Below are positions 55,083 to 64,000 of a DNA stretch of 64,000 nucleotides, piece after piece. The stretch lies in IMG/VR virus record IMGVR_UViG_3300032236_001850, positions 52,392 to 116,391 of that record. One strand, given 5' to 3'. Position 1 is the first letter of the stretch. Every line of letters starts with the position of its first letter. The stretch is from a virus. Made by a program: the position numbers and the translations under genes. The notes beneath the pieces were generated by a model, which was not told the DNA's origin, made no database searches, and worked only from the letters and a program-made list of their open reading frames with translations.

Positions 55083-58000
55083 GTGTCAAATCCATTAAAT
55101 CTTACAGGACAGTTTATAGCCGACACATACGGAAGATTATTACAGGTACAAGGTAATAATGTCTATGACGGCGAGGGTAACTATTTATATACAATTGGAG
55201 GAACTGGTGGAGGTACAGTTGGACCGCAAGGGCCTACTGGAGCAACAGGTTCACCAGGATCCAACGGAGCTACAGGTTCACAGGGAGCAACAGGAGCTAA
55301 CGGTTCGACTGGACCACAAGGAGCAACAGGTTCACAGGGAGCAACAGGAGCTAACGGTTCGACTGGACCACAAGGAGCAACTGGAACTAGCGGTGCTACG
55401 GGAGCTACGGGTAGAACAGGTGCTACGGGAGCTACAGGTTCAACGGGAGCTAATGGTGCTACGGGAGCTACAGGTTCACAAGGTGTTATGGGCTCAACTG
55501 GAGCAACGGGTATAACAGGTACAGACGGATCCAATAGTGGAAAATGGATATTATCAACATCATCAAGCCCATCACCAGGTACCTTCTTTACAAATTCCAC
55601 AAATACCGGTGACACCTCACAGATAATAATCAGCAATCTAGCGGACAATCTGACAAACTATTATGGCTGGAATCAAGCTGCTTCGGCTGCAACTGCATTG
55701 GGTAATCCCCTTTATTTGCAGATTTCCGAAGTTGGTAATGCTACAGTCAGCGGAATTTACCAAATAACAGCGGTGAATGATAATACAGGGTCATACTCTT
55801 ATGTTGTTTTATCCATATTATCGGCGGGAGGATTATTTACAATAGGAAAAGAATATACAATATCATGGGTATATTCGGGTAAGAATGGGGTGGATGGATT
55901 CCAAATAGTAAATATTGAAAACAATGAGGAATTAGTTCATCTTATAAATACTAGTCATCTTTTAAGTGGATGCTATTATAACATAAAAAGTGTGGATTTT
56001 AACTTGGATTACAGATTCGATTCAAAATCATACACAAACATTCTTTTGCTTGCATTAGCTAATAATAAAATAGCGGAGGATGGATATGGTATATTCTACA
56101 CACCCAAATATGATCAGTTCCCAATATTTTCATCCAATATTGCTTATAGTGTTGGAGATAGAGTCATATGGGGAGGCTACGTATGGACGTGCACGGTGTC
56201 AACATCACCAGTGACTGCACCGAGTCCATTTGAACTTAATCCAGATTATTGGACAACAGGATATTACAAGGACAATACAAATTTCTATAATGTTTCATTG
56301 GATTCCATAAAATATGACTATATAAACGATAGAATAATTTATAGAGAGGAAAAAAATACAAATATTGTTAGCACTAATAATGAAAATATATTATATTGGG
56401 AAAGCTTATTTGGAACATATAACTCTCCTATAAACGGCGACATAAAGTTCTACAATCCCATAAAATCATTCCAATGGGGTAACGTCTACGATGGCCAATA
56501 TGGTATAGGTAACCAGTACATTGAAAATTCATACAATGAAAATATAAATTTTAGTGGCGATTATCAAACTAATATAAAATTTACAAATCTATCATATCAA
56601 AGATTTTATAGTATATCGAATGATACTTCATCAATCTTTGTTGGTGGTGGATTTTCATCCTATACAAATCCAAGTTCATTGATTACAGAGGCTCACGGAT
56701 TAATCGAAATAACACCAACATATTACACTGATCAAATTTTTGATCAAGGATATGGATTTGATAATGGTTCGATGACCTCAGTAATACAGAAAGACCAAAA
56801 AATAATAATTGGCGGTGACTTTACAACTTACACTAACGGGACAACTTACACAGTTAATCGTATAATAAGATTGAATCAATGGGGTTCTATTGACACAACT
56901 TTCGCTACAGGAGGCGGTTTCAATAGTGCTGTTTTTGCTTTAGCTTTACAGGAAGATGGTAAAATTTTAGTTGGTGGAAGTTTTGATGCTTACGATGGAA
57001 GTTCTGCTAAATATATAGCCAGATTAAACCCCGATGGACAATTGGACAACTTTAATCTGGGGGAATTTGGATTTGATAACGATACCTATGTTAGCTGTTT
57101 AGCGGTACAACCAGATGGAAAGATTTTAGTTGGTGGAGGTTTCAATTCATACAACAGTAACACAGCAATAAAAATAGTAAGGTTAAATCCCGATGGAACT
57201 TACGATAACACATTTTTAACCGGTGATGGATTTAACGGTGATGTTAAATCAATAGTTATCCAGAAGGACGGAAAGATTTTAGTTGGGGGTCAATTTGACG
57301 CATTCAATGGTGACTCTGCAAATTACATAGCTAGGCTAAATCCTGACGGATCCAACGATGGCACCATAGGAACAACCGGATTTAATGGTGGTGTTAATTG
57401 TATAACTTTACAAAGGGATGGTAAAATTTTAGTTGGTGGTCAATTCAGTCAATATGATTCGAATACAATCAGTAACATAGTGAGACTAGAAAGTTCTGGA
57501 GCATATGATCCAACATTTGCTTATCTGGCGGAAAATCAGGGCGAAGTTAACGTGATAGTGGTGAATGATAACACCATAATCGCAGGAGGTAAGACTGAAA
57601 ATTTCAATCTAATAAAATTTGATTTGCTTGGGAATGATCTCTATTACTATCCAATAGATAATGGAGTTAGTACAATACAGATAGTACAAAAAACATACCA
57701 ATCAAATCTAACTTTCGATAACGGATCGCATCAGGACAGCGTAAGATTAAGATCAGGATCACAAGACACGATCAATCTAACAGATGGATCTTACCAGGAT
57801 ATGATTGGTCTTAATTTTTCTTATCAATCAAAATTAAATCTCAGAAATTCAAATCAAAATATTAAATTTCTAAACAGAGTTTATCAGAATGAGATTGAGC
57901 TAAAAAATTCCAACCAGATACTCAATTTAGCATTCGGAAGCTACCAAATTAATTTGGATTTATACAATTCCGAACAGCTTATTCCCGAACAAATTGAAAA

Positions 58001-60602
58001 CGTTATTCAGGAGAATATAAGCATAAAGAATTACAACTATGATAGGACAGTTCATCCAATAACTGGTTCGGAGTATAATCAATCATTCATGAATGATCTG
58101 GAGGTGAACAATTCAGCTCCTAAATTAATAGCTATCTCGAATAATAAATTATATGAACTTGAGGTTAGTTCGATTAGTGGAGGTACTGGTGCAACACCAA
58201 CAATTAATCAGGTATTAGGAGCAGGCGAATATGCAACGGATAAAAATATGGTGCTAAATACGTCGACAGATGCATTTAATACGTATCTTACACCAGGTCA
58301 GGTTGCAGTAAATAATGGTGTTGAGAGTATAAGAATGACTCCATCAGCCATCTCATTTTCAACACCATCCGGAGGCTCATCATTTTTAAAACCAAGTCTA
58401 ACACAACCATCTGCATTTTCTCCTACGTTTTACTTACCTGAAAAAGCAAGCACGTCAAACTATACGTTAGCTACCACTGCTGATTACAATCTACAAGCTG
58501 TAACAGCCAATGCCAACACAACAAATCTAGATATACAATTTCAGCCAGTTACCAATACAGGTGCAACTGGTACCAAATTTGTAACGATACAAAACACTGG
58601 TATTTTTCTATTGGGTACCAACCAGACAACTACAAATGTTTTCAACGATAGAATAGAATGGTCTCAATATGGAAATACCATTACTCTAGGAGCAACTACT
58701 GCAGCTGCTTCCAATAGTGCTAATTACATATTCCCAATAAAACCATTCTCAGGAACTCCCTATACATTAGCAACAACTGCTGATACCATTTCAGTATCTT
58801 CAGGTAACACTAACAATCTACAAATTTCCTCAATAGGGACAAACAGAGTATTTTATTCAAAAGGTCTAGTATCCTCAAATGGGTCAGTTACAGTGGGAAC
58901 TACAGGAACTACAGGAGGTACATCATGGGCATGGGATCTTAAGGTAAACGGTGTGACTGGTGCTACTGGCTCCAATGGAGCAACAGGAGCTACAGGATCT
59001 AACGGTTCTAATGGAGCAACGGGAGCAACTGGATCACAAGGTATCCAAGGTGTTACTGGAGCAACGGGAGCAACTGGATCACAAGGTATCCAAGGTGTTA
59101 CTGGAGCTACAGGATCTAATGGAGCAACAGGTTCTGCCGGAGCTACTGGAGCAACGGGATCACAAGGTATTCAAGGGGTTACTGGAGCTACAGGGGCTAC
59201 AGGAGCAAATTCAACAGTTCCTGGACCAACAGGAGCAACTGGTGCAACAGGATCACAAGGTATCCAAGGGGTTACTGGAGCAACTGGAAATAGCATCTCA
59301 GCAAGTTTCATGAGAGGATCTAGATCCGCCATGCAAACTCTGAATCTAACACCTAATAGTTTAGTTGCATTCACACAAATAGATCTTTCAACAGGTTCGG
59401 ATATTTCTTTGAACGCGTCAACCGGTCAGATAACACTAGCAGCTAATAGAGTTTATAGAATACTCGGACAAGTTCCAAATGGTATAGCAAGTGGTTCCAA
59501 TATAAGACCATCGTTCTCCTGGTATAATGAAACAGCAGGTACCTGGATAGGAAGCCAATCGGCAATCTATCAACCTTCAGACGCTGCGGGATATTGGTCA
59601 TCAGGAGGTCCATCTGATGCACTATTATCAACCAGCACATCAACTGTTATATCATATAGAATTCTTTCAGCAAGTGGTAGTATAACCGGTCTTGGAGCTA
59701 ATACAGATTTTGGTCTTACTGGTTCATATCCATGGTTTGATATACAAGTAATATCTGGAAATTCACCACTTCTAAATGGAGCTACAGGAGCAACCGGTGC
59801 AACGGGAGCCAGTATAACTGGACCAACTGGTGCAACGGGAGCCACTGGATCTGTTGGAGCAACAGGACCAACTGGTGCTACTTTCAATACAGTTCCTGCT
59901 ATCAACTGGGGTACTAACACTTTTACTAAATCTGGTTCAGGTAATGGTGATCAATTGCTTGATAATGGAACTAACGATACACCGGGAGTTCTTTTATATT
60001 ACGGAAATAACTCAAACTATGGTATTGATAGTTATAATGGTTCTTACAATGTTTTAAGCGGTCAGTTATTGAGATTTGTTACTAATCTAAATGAAGCTGG
60101 TGGTGCTATAAAAGCTGCATTCGATACATCGGGTAATTTAGCTCTTAGTGGATTTATAAATCCGAGCTCGTGGCGAGCTGGACAGACAATACAGACGAAA
60201 TTATTTAGTGCTAGCGATTTAGGATTTACAACAAACTATACCAACAGTACGAACACTTATACCTCCATAGTTACCGGTACTTATACCCCTCTGTCCTCAT
60301 CCTCGTACATTTTCTTTGAAGTTTATGCAATGTATGATGTTGGTGGTGCCGCTGCCGACTCATTCTTCTCCCAAATAACATGGAATGGTGGGGAAATTGG
60401 GGTTCAACGTCAAGTTTGGGCTAACGGTGCGGGTGGTGGTACACGTAGTGGTACATTATTTCCATTGGCTGGTAGAGTAACGAACTCCTCCACGACTGGT
60501 TATGGATGGGCAGTTAATACCAGAAGAGATTCTTCCGATGATGGTATTACTGTATATCCTAACGGTGGATTCTATGTGAAAATAACAGAAATCGCTAGAT
60601 AA
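55083..60602 (+). CDS. giant tail-fibre-like protein (1839 aa) with collagen-like G-X-Y repeats, delta-60-type beta-propeller repeats and short periodic repeats
   Basis: G-X-Y runs at aa ~40-155, ~1295-1410, ~1560-1600; ~8 repeats of [11 protein letters not shown]....I.RLNPDG..D..F (aa ~560-830); ~11-aa periodic xSxQxxIxLxN repeats (aa ~870-960). Confidence 0.7.
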   Translation: MSNPLNLTGQFIADTYGRLLQVQGNNVYDGEGNYLYTIGGTGGGTVGPQGPTGATGSPGSNGATGSQGATGANGSTGPQGATGSQGATGANGSTGPQGATGTSGATGATGRTGATGATGSTGANGATGATGSQGVMGSTGATGITGTDGSNSGKWILSTSSSPSPGTFFTNSTNTGDTSQIIISNLADNLTNYYGWNQAASAATALGNPLYLQISEVGNATVSGIYQITAVNDNTGSYSYVVLSILSAGGLFTIGKEYTISWVYSGKNGVDGFQIVNIENNEELVHLINTSHLLSGCYYNIKSVDFNLDYRFDSKSYTNILLLALANNKIAEDGYGIFYTPKYDQFPIFSSNIAYSVGDRVIWGGYVWTCTVSTSPVTAPSPFELNPDYWTTGYYKDNTNFYNVSLDSIKYDYINDRIIYREEKNTNIVSTNNENILYWESLFGTYNSPINGDIKFYNPIKSFQWGNVYDGQYGIGNQYIENSYNENINFSGDYQTNIKFTNLSYQRFYSISNDTSSIFVGGGFSSYTNPSSLITEAHGLIEITPTYYTDQIFDQGYGFDNGSMTSVIQKDQKIIIGGDFTTYTNGTTYTVNRIIRLNQWGSIDTTFATGGGFNSAVFALALQEDGKILVGGSFDAYDGSSAKYIARLNPDGQLDNFNLGEFGFDNDTYVSCLAVQPDGKILVGGGFNSYNSNTAIKIVRLNPDGTYDNTFLTGDGFNGDVKSIVIQKDGKILVGGQFDAFNGDSANYIARLNPDGSNDGTIGTTGFNGGVNCITLQRDGKILVGGQFSQYDSNTISNIVRLESSGAYDPTFAYLAENQGEVNVIVVNDNTIIAGGKTENFNLIKFDLLGNDLYYYPIDNGVSTIQIVQKTYQSNLTFDNGSHQDSVRLRSGSQDTINLTDGSYQDMIGLNFSYQSKLNLRNSNQNIKFLNRVYQNEIELKNSNQILNLAFGSYQINLDLYNSEQLIPEQIENVIQENISIKNYNYDRTVHPITGSEYNQSFMNDLEVNNSAPKLIAISNNKLYELEVSSISGGTGATPTINQVLGAGEYATDKNMVLNTSTDAFNTYLTPGQVAVNNGVESIRMTPSAISFSTPSGGSSFLKPSLTQPSAFSPTFYLPEKASTSNYTLATTADYNLQAVTANANTTNLDIQFQPVTNTGATGTKFVTIQNTGIFLLGTNQTTTNVFNDRIEWSQYGNTITLGATTAAASNSANYIFPIKPFSGTPYTLATTADTISVSSGNTNNLQISSIGTNRVFYSKGLVSSNGSVTVGTTGTTGGTSWAWDLKVNGVTGATGSNGATGATGSNGSNGATGATGSQGIQGVTGATGATGSQGIQGVTGATGSNGATGSAGATGATGSQGIQGVTGATGATGANSTVPGPTGATGATGSQGIQGVTGATGNSISASFMRGSRSAMQTLNLTPNSLVAFTQIDLSTGSDISLNASTGQITLAANRVYRILGQVPNGIASGSNIRPSFSWYNETAGTWIGSQSAIYQPSDAAGYWSSGGPSDALLSTSTSTVISYRILSASGSITGLGANTDFGLTGSYPWFDIQVISGNSPLLNGATGATGATGASITGPTGATGATGSVGATGPTGATFNTVPAINWGTNTFTKSGSGNGDQLLDNGTNDTPGVLLYYGNNSNYGIDSYNGSYNVLSGQLLRFVTNLNEAGGAIKAAFDTSGNLALSGFINPSSWRAGQTIQTKLFSASDLGFTTNYTNSTNTYTSIVTGTYTPLSSSSYIFFEVYAMYDVGGAAADSFFSQITWNGGEIGVQRQVWANGAGGGTRSGTLFPLAGRVTNSSTTGYGWAVNTRRDSSDDGITVYPNGGFYVKITEIAR
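58956..59292 (+). repeat. tandem ~45-nt coding repeats ([15 protein letters not shown] units) in fibre 1
   Basis: repeated ggatcacaaggtatccaaggtgttactggagc(a/t)ac(g/a)gga units. Confidence 0.7.
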
Positions 60603-60659
60603 TCAACATAATCTCCCAAACTATGCGTAACGATATATAGATAAAATTAAAGTTACGAT

Positions 60660-64000
<3,341 letters not shown>

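Overview
This window looks like part of a large virulent bacteriophage infecting a Bacteroidetes (Flavobacteriia-type) host. It is AT-rich and densely packed with forward-strand genes whose starts and stops overlap (ATGA junctions), separated by many hairpin/T-run terminators. Rho-independent terminators and the absence of Shine-Dalgarno sequences fit that host. A recurring upstream motif (T-run, TTCGAA-like box, then TATATTTGC) sits 25-45 nt before at least 16 gene starts. Its downstream half matches the Bacteroidetes sigma-A -7 element TAnnTTTG. Recognisable products include PRPP-synthetase-like (Prs/Adps), nicotinamide phosphoribosyltransferase (NAMPT/Namat), a NadR-type nicotinamide riboside kinase, a macro domain and a NADAR domain, which together suggest an NAD+/ADP-ribose counter-defence module. 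There are also two HD-domain hydrolases (one SpoT-like), a Thg1-like tRNA 5'-repair enzyme, a PTH2 peptidyl-tRNA hydrolase, an M42 aminopeptidase, a flotillin/SPFH protein, a GT2 glycosyltransferase, an LpxH-like phosphoesterase, a DnaQ-like exonuclease, an HExxH protease and three SLOG/nucleoside-deoxyribosyltransferase-like proteins. Two minus-strand homing-endonuclease-like nucleases sit as solitary insertions, one preceded by a small RHH gene. Two ORF-free, GC-richer islands (4264-5090 and 47223-48660) carry tRNA-like elements. One looks like a class-II tRNA whose two halves lie about 280 nt apart, and one candidate tRNA has a CUA (amber-reading) anticodon. The PTH2 gene carries an in-frame TAG at codon 3. 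The last 9 kb encodes two giant collagen-repeat (G-X-Y) tail-fibre-like proteins. The second is in the same frame as the first, separated from it by three TAA codons, has no ATG and runs off the window. All calls come from reading the sequence and ORF track by eye; no searches were run.
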